A stretch of DNA of 64,000 bases from contig NC_047016.1 of assembly GCF_902652985.1 (NCBI RefSeq), positions 10,912,001 through 10,976,000 of the forward strand. The letters run 5' to 3'. The translations under genes and the position numbers were made by a program. Origin of the DNA: Pecten maximus. Its lineage: Eukaryota. Below are positions 1 through 12,758 of the stretch, piece by piece; positions within the stretch are counted from its first letter, which is position 1; every line of letters begins with the position of its first letter. Below the pieces are notes generated by a model. That model was not told the origin of the DNA. It was given only the letters and a program-made list of their open reading frames with translations, and made no database searches.

Positions 1-1033
1 AGTTGAAAATCTTTAACTTCTCACTTAATCAAATCTTTCGGTTGAACACAACGCCACCTTGTTTGCCGGTGTGCCGGTGCTTTCAAACATTCAGGAATTC
101 ACGCCGATCGGCACGTGTCGAAATTGCGCATATTCGGGACACAACCAAGTAATTTTACCACCTTTTCCGCCTTGCCCGGCTCACCGGCACGTCAGAATCA
201 AATTCTCCCATAGAGAAAGCTTGGCAGCCGATGAGGTCTTATATGTCCAATAATACGTTTTGACGGATGTGTAGAAAGAATGACAATCGAACAGTAATTT
301 ATTAGCATTTTAAAAACTACAAAAATCAATGCAAACTTTATTTCATTTAGATAAATGTCTTCATACTTAAGTCAATAGTGGTCTCAGACTAACGGTGTGA
401 CACTATCATCGCTTAGTAATATGAATTAATTTATCGTCCTTGGCAAGACTGAGTATCATCCGCATTTTTTGTCTTTAAAAAAAAACATTATTGGCCCTCT
501 AAAAACTTATTAACTATGGTTCTGTTATACTAAACTTGTATGCCGCACGAGAAAACCTACTAACGATTACTTTTATCACTTGAGGCGTATAAATAGAAAA
601 AAACACAGTTTAATCGGGAATGAGGTTTGAACGAAAAAGAAGTAAACAGATGCCAGAACGACAGATGATCAAAAACCCTAACGGAGCGAGGAAAGAGCCT
701 ACATGCTGTATATGACTATTAGTTGCTTTTTTTGCCAGTGAAATATCGAAAATTATCAAACTAATAAAACTTATAGTTTTCACTGCAGCGATGAGCAGTG
801 AAAATATAAGATTTTGCAGTGAAAATATAAGTTTTTTAGTGAAAATATAAGTTTTCCGTTTTTGACAAATCAGAGCGGACCTTTGTTTTCACCTCGTTGA
901 AACTTGTTGATTTTTTCAATCGAAATTGAGATAGATTAATTGGTTATTTTGCTGTATTTCTGAAATTTGTTTTTATATTTTCACTGCTCATCGCTGCAGT
1001 GAAAATATAAGTTTTATTAGTTTGATAAATTTC

Positions 1034-1691
1034 TTTATTGCCTTTTTGCCAGTGAAATATAGAAATTTATCAAACTAATAAAACTTATATTTTAACTACA
1101 GCGATGAGCAGTGAAAATATAAGTTTTGCAATGAAAATATAAGCTTTTGCAGTGAAAATATAAGTTTTCCGTTTTTGACCAATCAGAGCAGACCTTTGTA
1201 TTCACCTTGTTGAAACTTGCTGATTTTTCCAATCTAAGCGGAGATAGATCAATTAGTTATTTTGCTATACTTCTGAAATGTTCAGACTAGCTTTTGACAA
1301 AATACTCACTTAACGTTAGCTATCCATGCACAGATTCTTCTATAACAGTAGAAAACGCTTAAATTGCGATGACCAGTCCTTTCAAATTGGCGCCGTCAAG
1401 TTGACGTGGAGTAACGTCACTAAAAAAATGACGTCATTACTGATTCCTGCACGTTTTCGATGCTTTTCATTTTGTTTATAAGTTTATGAAATACAATAAA
1501 AAGAAAATTGAATGGTTTCCCGTTAAATATAACACAAATTCCACTCGTATGACAGAATATTTGATATTTTTCACTCGTGCTTCGCACTCGTGAAAATATC
1601 GATATTCTGTTACACTCGTGAAATATATGCTATATTAAACGGGAAACCATTCAATATCCTCTATATATTTCACTGGCAAAAATTCAATAAA
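1034..1691. mobile_element. Non-autonomous DNA element with imperfect TIRs and nested internal palindromes (superfamily unresolved); related fragments at ~722-1030, 1692-2190, 3920-3980, 4350-4525, 25390-25800
   Basis: Left end tttattgcctttttgccagtgaaatat pairs with right end atatttcactggcaaaaattcaataaa. Inner inverted pair aattgaatggtttcccgttaaatata / tatattaaacgggaaaccattcaat surrounds the hairpin ttttcactcgtgcttcgcactcgtgaaaa. No coding capacity. Confidence 0.5.
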
Positions 1692-1989
1692 AGATTTTTC
1701 AGTGAAAATATAAGATTTGACGGTGAAAATATAAGTTTTTAGTTTTTGACCAATCAGAGAGAACCTTAAATTTGTATTCATCTCATTGAAACTTGTCGAT
1801 TTTTCTAATCGAAGCCAAGATAGTATTTCTGATATATTCAGACTAGTTTTTGACAAAATACTCACTTGACGTTAGCTATTCATGCACAGATTCTCCAATA
1901 ACAACAGAAAATGCTTAAATTGATCAGTCCTTTCAAAATGGCGTCGTCAAGTTGACGAGGAGTAACGTCATAAAGAGATGTCTTGATGA

Positions 1990-3811
1990 ATTATGTTAGT
2001 GAATTCTACACGTTTTGACTCTATTTCTTATTCGCTGTTTTTAATTTTGTTGTTAAGTATATAAAATGCAATAAAAGGAAAATTGAATCACACGTATGAC
2101 AGAATATTTCGATATTTTTCACTCGTGTTTAGCAATCGTGAAAATATCTATATTCTTGCCATACTCGTGAAATATATGTTTTTAATTTAACAAATAACAC
2201 ATACGGTATATGTTATGTACAACATTTAATCAATACACAAACTTCATATCATACTACCTCCACAACATTCTTATAAAAATAAATTCTACATCATACAAGT
2301 ACATGCATACATACACTGTACAACATAACATATCATTACCTGTGTCTTGACAAAGGGGCAGATTGCCTCAAAAGTCGACAATTTACTTGTCTGTACTGTC
2401 GTTATTACTACTTCAAAGTTATCTATTTCTAGTAATACGCATCCAACGAACATTTGTTTGTTATAATCCAGTACCTATATTGAATCATACCGTGGTTATT
2501 ACTTACTAGACCCTATATACAACATAACATATCTATATACATATATCGGCATATTTTGGGGCTACATAAACCATTATACTATTCATCGACTCAGTTGATT
2601 CGTTGGTTTGTAGCTGTGGGGACAATGTCCTGTTTGCTACAAATATTTGAGTGATTGTTCTGCTCTCGTATAGATGTGACACAGTGCAAGGAATCCTTGC
2701 AACGCCGAACTGGTAGATGAAAAAATATAATGGGACAATACTGGCTGTAACTCTTTGGTTGCATTGCTCAAGTGCAGTATTGGGTATTTATATGGTGTGA
2801 CCTAATACACTACCCTTGACCCTGACTGGCTGTAACGTTAGCGGCTACATTGCCCCAGTGAAATATTGGGTAGTGCTAGTCAAAATAGAATAATCTTATG
2901 TTAGATTATGTTAGTGAATTCTACACGTTTTGACTCTATTTCTTATTCGCTGTTTTTAATTTTGTTGTTAAGTATATAAAATGCAATAAAAGGAAAATTG
3001 AATCACACGTATGACAGAATATTTCGATATTTTTCACTCGTGTTTAGCAATCGTAAAAATATCTATATTCTTGCCATACTCGTGAAATATATGTTTTTAA
3101 TTTAACAAATAACACATACGGTATATGTTATGTACAACATTTAATCAATACACAAACTTCATATCATACTACCTCCACAACATTCTTATAAAAATAAATT
3201 CTACATCATACAAGTACATGCATACATGCACTGTACAACATAACATATCATTACCTGTGTCTTGACAAAGGGGCAGATTGCCTCAAAAGTCGACAATTTA
3301 CTTGTCTGTACTGTCGTTATTACTACTTCAAAGTTATCTATTTCTAGTAATACGCATCCAACGAACATTTGTTTGTTATAATCCAGTACCTATATTGAAT
3401 CATACCGTGGTTATTACTTACTAGACCCTATATACAACATAACATATCTATATACATATATCGGCATATTTTGGGGCTACATAAACCATTATACTATTCA
3501 TCGACTCAGTTGATTCGTTGGTTTGTAGCTGTGGGGACAATGTCCTGTTTGCTACAAATATTTGAGTGATTGTTCTGCTCTCGTATAGATGTGACACAGT
3601 GCAAGGAATCCTTGCAACGCCGAACTGGTAGATGAAAAAATATAATGGGACAATACTGGCTGTAACTCTTTGGTTGCATTGCTCAAGTGCAGTATTGGGT
3701 ATTTATATGGTGTGACCTAATACACTACCCTTGACCCTGACTGGCTGTAACGTTAGCGGCTACATTGCCCCAGTGAAATATTGGGTAGTGCTAGTCAAAA
3801 TAGAATAATCT
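1990..3811. repeat. Recent tandem segmental duplication, 907-bp unit x2 (1990-2896, 2905-3811)
   Basis: Constant 915-bp offset, only about 2 substitutions seen by eye, 8-nt junction insert tatgttag. Confidence 0.93.
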
Positions 3812-3978
3812 ATCATGTACATAATTGTTGATCAAATGTGAATAATTTACAAGTTTAGGGGTAATTGATGTGAGAAATTGTATTTGTAATCTACCCTATA
3901 ATTTCTGCATGAAAAACAAATACTCGTGAAATATACATGTATGTTATATTAAACGGAAAACCATTCAATATCCTCTAA

Positions 3979-4270
3979 ATATTGTGAGAGGAGATAAAAC
4001 AAAGCATATTGTGAGACGAGATAAAACAAAGCATATTGTTAGGGGAGATGAAACAAAGCATATTGTGAGACGAGATAAAACAAAGCATATTGTTAGGGGA
4101 GATAAAACAAAGCATATTGTGAGCGGTGATAAAACAAAGCATATTGTGAGCGGTGATAAAACAAAGCATATTGTTAGGGGAGATAAAACAAAGCATATTG
4201 TTAGGGGAGATGAAACAAAGCATATTGTGAGCGGAGATAAAACAAAGCAAATTGTGAGCGGAGATAAACC
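3979..4270. repeat. 27-bp minisatellite (~10-11 units)
   Basis: Unit gagataaaacaaagcatattgtgagac; explains the 9-aa periodic ORFs at 3965-4355. Confidence 0.92.
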
Positions 4271-5550
4271 ATGGCGTAATATGAGAGGAACACAACTTCC
4301 CAACCCAATGATAATGCGAATAAAAAAACGAACGAAATCAGATGTGATATTTTGATTATTTTGTTATTAAGTATAAAAACCGCAATAAAAAGAAAATTGA
4401 ATCACTCGTATGACAGAATATTTCGATAATTTTCATTCGTGCTTAGCAATCGTGAAAATATCGATATTCTGCCATTCTCGTAAAGTATATGTTATAATAA
4501 ACGGGAAACCATTCCTTATCCTCTATACATCATGAGAGGAGATAAAACAAAGCATATTGTGAGAGGAGATAAAACCTAGCATAATATGAGCGGACCACAA
4601 CTTCGCAACCCATTGATAATACGAATAAAAACAAAAACAAAAACAAACAAAAACAAATGAAATCAGATGTTATATCGAAATGGGTATTCGAAGGAAGTTC
4701 CTTTCAAAATATCAAAGATGTCTTTCTGACACTTTGCCTGCATTGATAAATTAGAAGAATTAAAGGATTTAAGAACGATGATAATTTCTATATTTTATCA
4801 AATCTTAATGTTAAGTACACTTGTATATAAATTACAACAATGTACATTTCTGTTTGTGTCTAAGTTGCAACTAAAATCATAAGAAGCTCCAGTCACAACC
4901 CATGTAACAACTTATTTAATCATGAAAAATTAGGAGAAAGAGTCTCGGAATAAAATGTTCCACATTAGTAAAGATAAATATATTTTACGTGAAGGACGGA
5001 AGCAATATCATATTTCTCCTTCTACAAAAGTGTTCTAAATACTTCGTTACGCTTTCAAATTGCCACTTTTACAAACTGACAAAACCTAGTAATCAAAAAA
5101 ATGCACGTGGTCTTACCAAAAGATTGATACGTCACTGTTCCAGGGGGAGGGTACCCCTCCAAAAATTCCCAAGTGACCATTTTTTGCAAAAATTAAAACT
5201 AAGAATTTCATCAGAAATATATAGCATACTTAACGTAAAAGAAAGTGTGAATCAACGCTCCTAAACTACATGTAAATCATTACAGTAGAAATTCACTATG
5301 AAGCACATAATAACTACTGAGGACTCTATTCCAACAGGGCACTAATGGAATGAAAATCATCGCTAATCACCCGAACTGAAGTAATCATATTTACATGTGA
5401 CTATGCTGTTTTTGATGCAATTTAAAGAAATTTGGCCGAGACTAAAGAAGTGTAAATAACCCGAAATCCGTACCTTTGTAATTTTGTAAAAACACAAGTT
5501 CATATCATATATCACGAAAAACACCCTCTGTTTCGGAGCTTGGTTTGAAG

Positions 5551-6483
5551 CTACGACTTTGGACGTATCATCATTTTAGACGCCGAGAGCGGCGTGTAGA
5601 AAGGAGAGCTAACGGTGAGTTCTTCCCAGTGCATGACGTCATAAGTACTACTTTGCGGATCATAACGACCATTCAGATTGATTCCGCCACATGTTGAGAA
5701 TAAAGAGTACCACCATCCACCATGCATTGTCTGGGAACAGTTGTGGTCGTTTTCCCTGTCCTTGGTAGAGAATTGAACATACTGGTGATACTGAAACTTG
5801 TTATGATACATATCCCCTACATAGTCGTCTAGAACTGTCAACCTGTAGTCGTCACTTTCCCCGGCCAAAAGGAATCTATCGTAAGTCGCAAAGAACATTA
5901 AACCGTTAACATCTGCAATTTCTACCCCTAGCTCACATTCACCAAAAAGTGATGAAAACAAATGGATGTTTTCATTTCCAAGCCAATATTCATATCTTGC
6001 ATTTCCAAATCCAGCTTTGTATTCTTCCCATGTTTTGTAAAAATCAACGCTACCATCATACCTGTTTTGTATGACGGTCCATCCTCCTCCAAGTGTGTCC
6101 ATGTCACAATAAACTTCAACTATATGCGGAGGTGCCAGTACGATGGAGTACACGCCCGATGGTGTCGACGAAGACATGTCATGGCACAATTGCGGCTGAG
6201 ATGCAAAAACTGACTTCAACTGTGAGTACGGGAAGCTACCATTTTGTACAAATTGACACGTGCTGCTATCTGCTTGAAAGGTAAATGCGTTACATTTACT
6301 GTCAAAATGACAATTTGTTGCGCATAGTTGCAGTGTCGATATATTTTGAAGTGTTAGGAATGCATAGTTCCCGTTCTGGTTGACATTTTTGTGTTGATAC
6401 ATAACATATGATGACCGTTTGGTTTCAGTAAGGACTGGATGGAATACGAGCATCAGTATGAGGTACGAGGGAATGATATTCAT
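5551..6483 (-). CDS. Secreted fibrinogen-related protein (FReD): signal peptide + PAN/Apple domain + fibrinogen C-terminal domain, 310 aa, single coding exon
   Basis: First ATG at 6483 gives a hydrophobic leader MNIIPSYLILMLVFHPVLT. PAN-like CATNC..CNAF..C. FBG motifs GVYSI, VYCDMDTLGGGWTVIQNRYDGSVDF, WEEYKAGFG, EYWLGNENIH, FSTKDREND, GGWWY, NLNGRY, SKMMIRP. Confidence 0.93.
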   Translation of the reverse strand: MNIIPSYLILMLVFHPVLTETKRSSYVMYQHKNVNQNGNYAFLTLQNISTLQLCATNCHFDSKCNAFTFQADSSTCQFVQNGSFPYSQLKSVFASQPQLCHDMSSSTPSGVYSIVLAPPHIVEVYCDMDTLGGGWTVIQNRYDGSVDFYKTWEEYKAGFGNARYEYWLGNENIHLFSSLFGECELGVEIADVNGLMFFATYDRFLLAGESDDYRLTVLDDYVGDMYHNKFQYHQYVQFSTKDRENDHNCSQTMHGGWWYSLFSTCGGINLNGRYDPQSSTYDVMHWEELTVSSPFYTPLSASKMMIRPKS

Positions 6484-6507
6484 GATTCCAGTGATGTAGT
6501 GAAACCA

Positions 6508-6735
6508 ACAGTCCACCAGGATATTGAGAGTGTAGCGTATGTCTCCGACAGCTAGGATATTGAGAGTCTGACTTGTGTCGTCTACCAGCTAGGATATTAA
6601 GAGTCTGGCTTGTGTTGTCTGCCAGGATATTGAGACTGTTGCTTGTGTCGTCCACCAGGATATTGAGAGTGTTGCTTGTGTCGTCCACCAGGATATTGAG
6701 AGTGTTGTTTGTGTCGTCCACCAGGATATTGAGTG
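6508..6735. repeat. 33-bp minisatellite (~7 units) immediately upstream of the FReD start codon
   Basis: Unit ccaccaggatattgagagtgttgcttgtgtcgt. Confidence 0.9.
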
Positions 6736-6763
6736 TGTGTAGGGCTGAAGTGACCGTGCTATT

Positions 6764-6771
6764 GTTATATA
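6764..6771 (-). promoter_or_regulatory. Candidate TATA box of the FReD gene
   Basis: TATATAA on the minus strand about 30 bp upstream of the 33-bp array; positional inference only. Confidence 0.35.
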
Positions 6772-6964
6772 TCTGTTCGTATCGACCACGTTTTTCCGGT
6801 CAACATTAATCGAGTCACAAAAGGCTTGCTGGTATATTGATGTCTATGAAATAACATGAACATGTGAGTTAGATGAAGAAAGCGATGGATGAGTGCTAGC
6901 GAGAAAGATGTTTTTGTGATACACTCTCCATAGCTTCTTTTTCTCCCCTTCTCTCTTCCTTGCC

Positions 6965-8820
6965 TGACATCAATTGTAGACCCTTAAAACCCATAGCTAT
7001 ATTGACATCTACTGTAACACCTATAAACCCAAAGCTGTACTGACATCCATTGTAGACCCTTAAAACCCATAGCTGTACTGACATCCATTGTAGACCCTAT
7101 AAACCCATAGCTATACTGACATCCATTGTAGATCCTACAAATCCATAGCTGTACTGACATCCATTGTAGACCCTATAAACCCATAGCTATACTGACATCC
7201 ATTGTAGACCCTTCAAATCCATAGCTGTATTGACATCTACTGTAACACCTTCAAACCCATAGATATACTGACATCCATTGTAGACCCTTCAAATCCATAG
7301 CTGTATTGACATCCATTGTAGATCCTACAAATCCATAGCTATACTGACATCCATTGTAGATCCTACAAATCCATAGCTGTATTGACATCCATTGTAGATC
7401 CTACAAATCCATAGCTGTATTGACATCCATTGTAGATCCTACAAATCCATAGCTGTACTGACATTCATTGTAGCCACCGCGGTTATACTGACATCCATTG
7501 TAGGCCCTTCAAATCCATAGCTATATTGACATCTACTGTAACACCTATAAATCCATAGCTGTACTGACATCCATTGTAGCCACCGCGGTTATACTGACAT
7601 CCATTGTAGGCCCTTCAAACCCATAGCTGTACTGACATCCATTGTAGCCACCGCGGTTATACTGACATCCATTGTAGGCCCTTCAAATCCATAGCTATAC
7701 TGACATCTACTGTAACACCTATAAACCCATAGCTGTACTGACATCCATTGTAGGCCCATCAAATCCATAGCTGTACTGACATCCATTGTAGGCCCATCAA
7801 ATCCATAGCTGTACTGACATCCATTGTAGGCCCATCAAATCCATAGCTGTACTGACATCCATTGTAGGCCCATCAAATCCATAGCTGTATTGACATCTAC
7901 TGTAGGCCCTCCAAATCCATAGCTGTATTGACATCCATTGTAGATCCTACAAATCCATAGCTGTACTGACATCCATTGTAGATCCTACAAATCCATAGCT
8001 GTATTGACATCTACTGTAACACCTATAAACCCATAGCTGTACTGACATCCATTGTAGGCCCATCAAATCCATAGCTGTACTGACATCCATTGTAGGCCCA
8101 TCAAATCCATAGCTGTACTGACATCCATTGTAGGCCCATCAAATCCATAGCTGTACTGACATCCATTGTAGGCCCATCAAATCCATAGCTGTATTGACAT
8201 CTACTGTAACACCTACAAATCCATAGCTATACTGACATCCATTGTAGGCCCATCAAATCCATAGCTATACTGACATCCATTGTAGACCCTTCAAATCCAT
8301 AGCTGTACTGACATCCATTGTAGATCCTACAAATCCATAGCTATACTGACATCCATTGTAGACCCTTCAAACTCGCGGCTGTACTGACATCCATTGTAGG
8401 CCCATCAAATCCATAGCTGTATTGACATCTACTGTAACACCTATAAATCCATAGCTATACTGGCATCCATTGTAGGCCCTTCAAATCCATAGCTATACTG
8501 ACATCCATTGTAGACCCTTCAAATCCATAGCTGTATTGACATCCATTGTAGATCCTACAAATCCATAGCTGTATTGACATCCATTGTAGATCCTACAAAT
8601 CCATAGCTGGTTTGACATCCATTGTAGATCCTACAAATCCATAGCTGTATTGATATCCATTGTAGACCCTACAAACCCGCGGCTGTTCTGACACTTATTG
8701 TAGCCCCTTGTAACTCACGGCTATTCTGACATCAATTGCAGCCCCTCCAAACTTGCTGCTATACTGACATCATTTGTAGCCCCTACAAACCCGAGACTAT
8801 ACTCACATCCTTTGTAGCAT
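6965..8820. repeat. 38-bp minisatellite (~48 units)
   Basis: Unit gacatccattgtagacccttcaaatccatagctgtact and variants; degenerates toward the 3' edge. Confidence 0.95.
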
Positions 8821-9419
8821 GTAAACTCGTGGTCATACTGCAAGTTGCCATTGCTTATGTCGTCACGTACGTTTGCCATTGGACCTGTGTAAGAGGGCTT
8901 CCGATTACTTGATTCCTGATTTCACGGTAACGTTTCGGACAGTTTAGTATACTAACATTACTGAGCCTTTTTCATCTATGGACAGAGACGACGACGTTAC
9001 TGGCTCTATAGTTCAACACCATCAGGGGCATGCAGCTACATTTTGTGCGTCGGATATCATCGTTTTTACTAATTGCTATCTAGACTCATAACTCATAGCA
9101 GTATCTCTAAATTTTGTTCCAGCTGATGAATGCTTCGCGCGTCATAGAGCTTCCTAACTGATGATTGGATAATTCAATATTTGAGTAACTTTTTGGCTAG
9201 ATAAGCATCAGATGTGGATGTTTCCAATAAATCTGAATGATCTTACGAAAATCTTCTTACAATCCTTTTGGTTTACAAATATACGATATCATCTCATTCG
9301 CTAAGTACATTGAAAGTAATTTTGTTTTTAGAGTGAAAAAATCTTATCTAATTATGGAATGTCCTATTCAACGCCGCCTTACTTCCAGATCATGCCTACC
9401 GTCACTAGTTAGCTTTTTC

Positions 9420-10655
9420 CTGGGTCCTTGACCAAAAAAGTCCATTTAAGGACTAATTTAGTAACACACTGGGTCCTGGACCAAAATAGTCCATTTCAGG
9501 ACTAATTTAGTAACACATTGGGTCCTGGACCAAAATAGTCCATTTCAGGGCTAATTTAGTAACACATTGGGTCCTGGACCAAAATAGTCCATTTCAGGGA
9601 CTAATTTAGTAACACACTGGGTCCTAGGTCAAAATAGTCCATTTTAGGGCTAATTTAGTAACAGACTGGGTCCTGGACCAAAACAGTCCATTTTAGGACT
9701 AATTTAGTAACACACTGGGTCCTGGACCAAAATAGTCCATTTCAGGGCTAATTTAGTAACAGACTGGGTCCTGGACCAAAAAAGTCCATTTCAGGACTAA
9801 TTTAGTAACACACTAGGTCCTGGACCAAAATAGTCCATTTTAGGAATAATTTAGTAACACACTGGGTCCTGGACCAAAATAGTTCATTTCAGGGCTAATT
9901 TAGTAACACATTGGGTCCTGGATCAAAATAGTCCATTTCAGGGCTAATTTAGTAACACACTGGGTCCTGGACCAAAATAGTCCATTTCAGGGCTAATTTA
10001 GTAACAGACTGGGTCCTGGACCAAAACAGTCCATTTTAGGACTAATTTAGTAACAGACTGGGTCCTGGATCAAAATAGTCCATTTTAGAACTAATTTAGT
10101 AACACACTGGGTCCTGGACCAAAATAGTCCATTTCAGGGCTAATTTAGTAACAGACTGGGTCCTGGACCAAAATAGTCCATTTCAGGACTAATTTAGTAA
10201 CACACTGGGTCCTGGACCAAAATAGTCCATTTTAGGAATAATTTAGTAACACACTGGGTCCTGGACCAAAATAGTCCATTTCAGGGCTAATTTAGTAACA
10301 CATTGGGTCCTGGATCAAAATAGTTCATTTTAGGACTAATTTAGTAACACACTGGGTCCTGGATCAAAATAGTCCATTTTAGGACTAATTTAGTAACAGA
10401 CTGGGTCCTGGATCAAAATAGTCCATTTTAGGACTAATTTAGTAGCAGAGTGGGTCCTGGACCAAAATAGTTCATTTTAGGACTTATTTAGTAACACACT
10501 GGGTCCCGGATCAAAATAGTCCATTTTAGGACTAATTTAGTAACACACTGGGTCCTGGACCAAAATAGCCCATTTCAGGGCTAATTTAGTAACAGACTGG
10601 GTCCTGGACCAAAATAGTCCATTTCAGGACTAATTTAGTAACACATTGGGTCCTA
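9420..10655. repeat. 49-bp minisatellite (~25 units)
   Basis: Unit gggtcctggaccaaaatagtccatttcaggactaatttagtaacacact. Confidence 0.95.
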
Positions 10656-11960
10656 ATTTATAATAAGATAACACCCTAACATGCATCCTGTAGTAACACG
10701 CGGCCGATGGGTATGGCTTGAGATAACTATGAGTGGGTTTGTAATTAAACATACAAGTTAAGCAACGTCCATGTCATGTGAATTGGGATGTGTATAGTTT
10801 AGAAAATAAAGCGTTTAGCCTCGAGGTAAAACGGGCAAAATTTCAAGCTCCGGGCAGAAACATGACTTTAATTCAATACCGGGATATATTGTATCTAGCA
10901 TTGCAAACAGATTGACGATCTCTGGGTTAACTCTAGTGCAAAGCGGCTGGATTTTATCTGAACCCATTGATATATTTACACGTTACAAGGTCTTGACGAA
11001 GCAGATTTGACGATAAGTTTGGTCTTTCATGAATCTCATAACATTTTGTTCACTTTTTGTCTCTTTATATTTCCCCCCAAATAGATTATTTATAGATTAT
11101 TTATAGATTATTTATAGATTATATATAGAATATATAAAGATTATATAGATACATATATGTTGATTACTCTTAAATACAAAATTTTATTTCGTAAAGAGAT
11201 GCTTCAAGATAAGATTGACTAGACCTCTATACGTGGTCAAAATATATATGTATAAGCGCAGTTGTAATTATTTGTTTTAAATGAATAATGAAATTATTTC
11301 TTAAATATAATTCAACATATCATATGAAGACCGGTATATTAATTTTGATAGTTATTTATCAAATTCCTTTTTTCCAGTATACTTCATTGTGGTGGTCAGT
11401 GTACCAGTAACCTCCCTTGATTTTGGAGTTATGCCCCTTTACACAGTGTATGCGGTAGACATACTTGAAAAGCTACAGGCAAATCCCCACCCTCCCTCTC
11501 TATTTCAGACACTTTTCCTGCTTTCGGTTTTCTTGTTTTATATTTACCACCTCGTTCTTCAATTCGCTCAAAACTTCGGCCACGACATTCAGGGTTGCTG
11601 GATGTAATTTTCTTGTAGACAACAGATTACTATTCTTTTTGGCGGGAAAGTCGGTATTATTTTACATCGTATTATAGTATCATCTATTGTGTCTGGAGGA
11701 ATATCCTGTTCCCAGTTTCCTCCAACTCTTTAGCTGTCACTTATTTGAGGTTTTTGGCCATAATTTGCCATTTACTAGTAAGCTCAGGACCAATTAAACA
11801 AACAGCAGTGAAGAAAAGTTATCTTAGATTATTGTTCAGGGTGTCTTCTGATTTATATGTTTTGATTATGTGTTCCCTCCACACGTACTTACGTAATAAA
11901 TCAAATCCTTAAAGAATAGTCGCATACTTGAGGAATATTATAAAACTAATGATATACAAT

Positions 11961-12758
11961 CAGGGGCGTAGCTAGGCCAACAAACATGTGTAAGCCCAGG
12001 CGAGGGGTGTGGGGCCTAGGGCAGAGCCCTGGTGGGGGATCAGGGGGTTGGGAGGCGAAGCCCCCCGACGGAAAATGAATTGAAAGATTTATGAGGGTTT
12101 GAAATTGATTTCCGAGATAGTAATTTCAAAATATGTTTACGTAATTCTAAATTATACTGAACTACAAGTTTTCCGGTAAAAACATATAATTAATGTTCAT
12201 TTGTTTCTATAGTTTAGACAAAAGACATTTGTCTGTCTAAATAAAAGACATTTTCAATTTGGGTAAGACATCCCATGTCTAGGTTATTTGGGCCTTTCTG
12301 GGATAATTTTTTGTTGGAACATGTAGGTCCGATTTTGTCATGTGTTTGTGGTACGTTACTTGGGCAAGGAAATGAGCTATCAGCAGACTGGTTTAACTTT
12401 TTAAACGCTGGTTCTTCTTCCTTGGGTTTGAAAAATGTTTCGACCCTGGGCACATTTTTGAAGCCTTCTTCATATTGAATACACTTTTCAACATTATGCA
12501 ACCGGAAACAGGGGGTGACAGTATAAAGACGATGTGATAGCTATTCTTGAATGCTCTAGACCTATATTTTATAATATATAGCACACAGTAGTACATTTTT
12601 TGGTATTATCAATAATTTGGTTATAATATTAAATCTAAACTTTGAAGTAATAATCATAAATTTTTCGGAGGCTTCTTGAAATGTTGGACCATAACATAAA
12701 GGCAGGATTTTTTTATGTGTAAGCCCGGGCTTTTTTTCAAATGGACGCTACGCCCCTG
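11961..12758. mobile_element. Non-autonomous hAT-like DNA transposon with 5-bp TSD (hAT5-type)
   Basis: Perfect 12-bp TIR caggggcgtagc / gctacgcccctg; TSD acaat at 11956-11960 and 12759-12763; atgtgtaagccc present near both ends. Confidence 0.8.

Noticed and set aside
5551-6516. ORF-track start at 6516 for the FReD
   Set aside because: Non-ATG start inside the repeat edge; ATG 6483 gives a proper signal peptide.
6965-10655. CRISPR-like regular repeats
   Set aside because: Units are contiguous with no unique spacers, there are no cas genes, and the context is eukaryotic.
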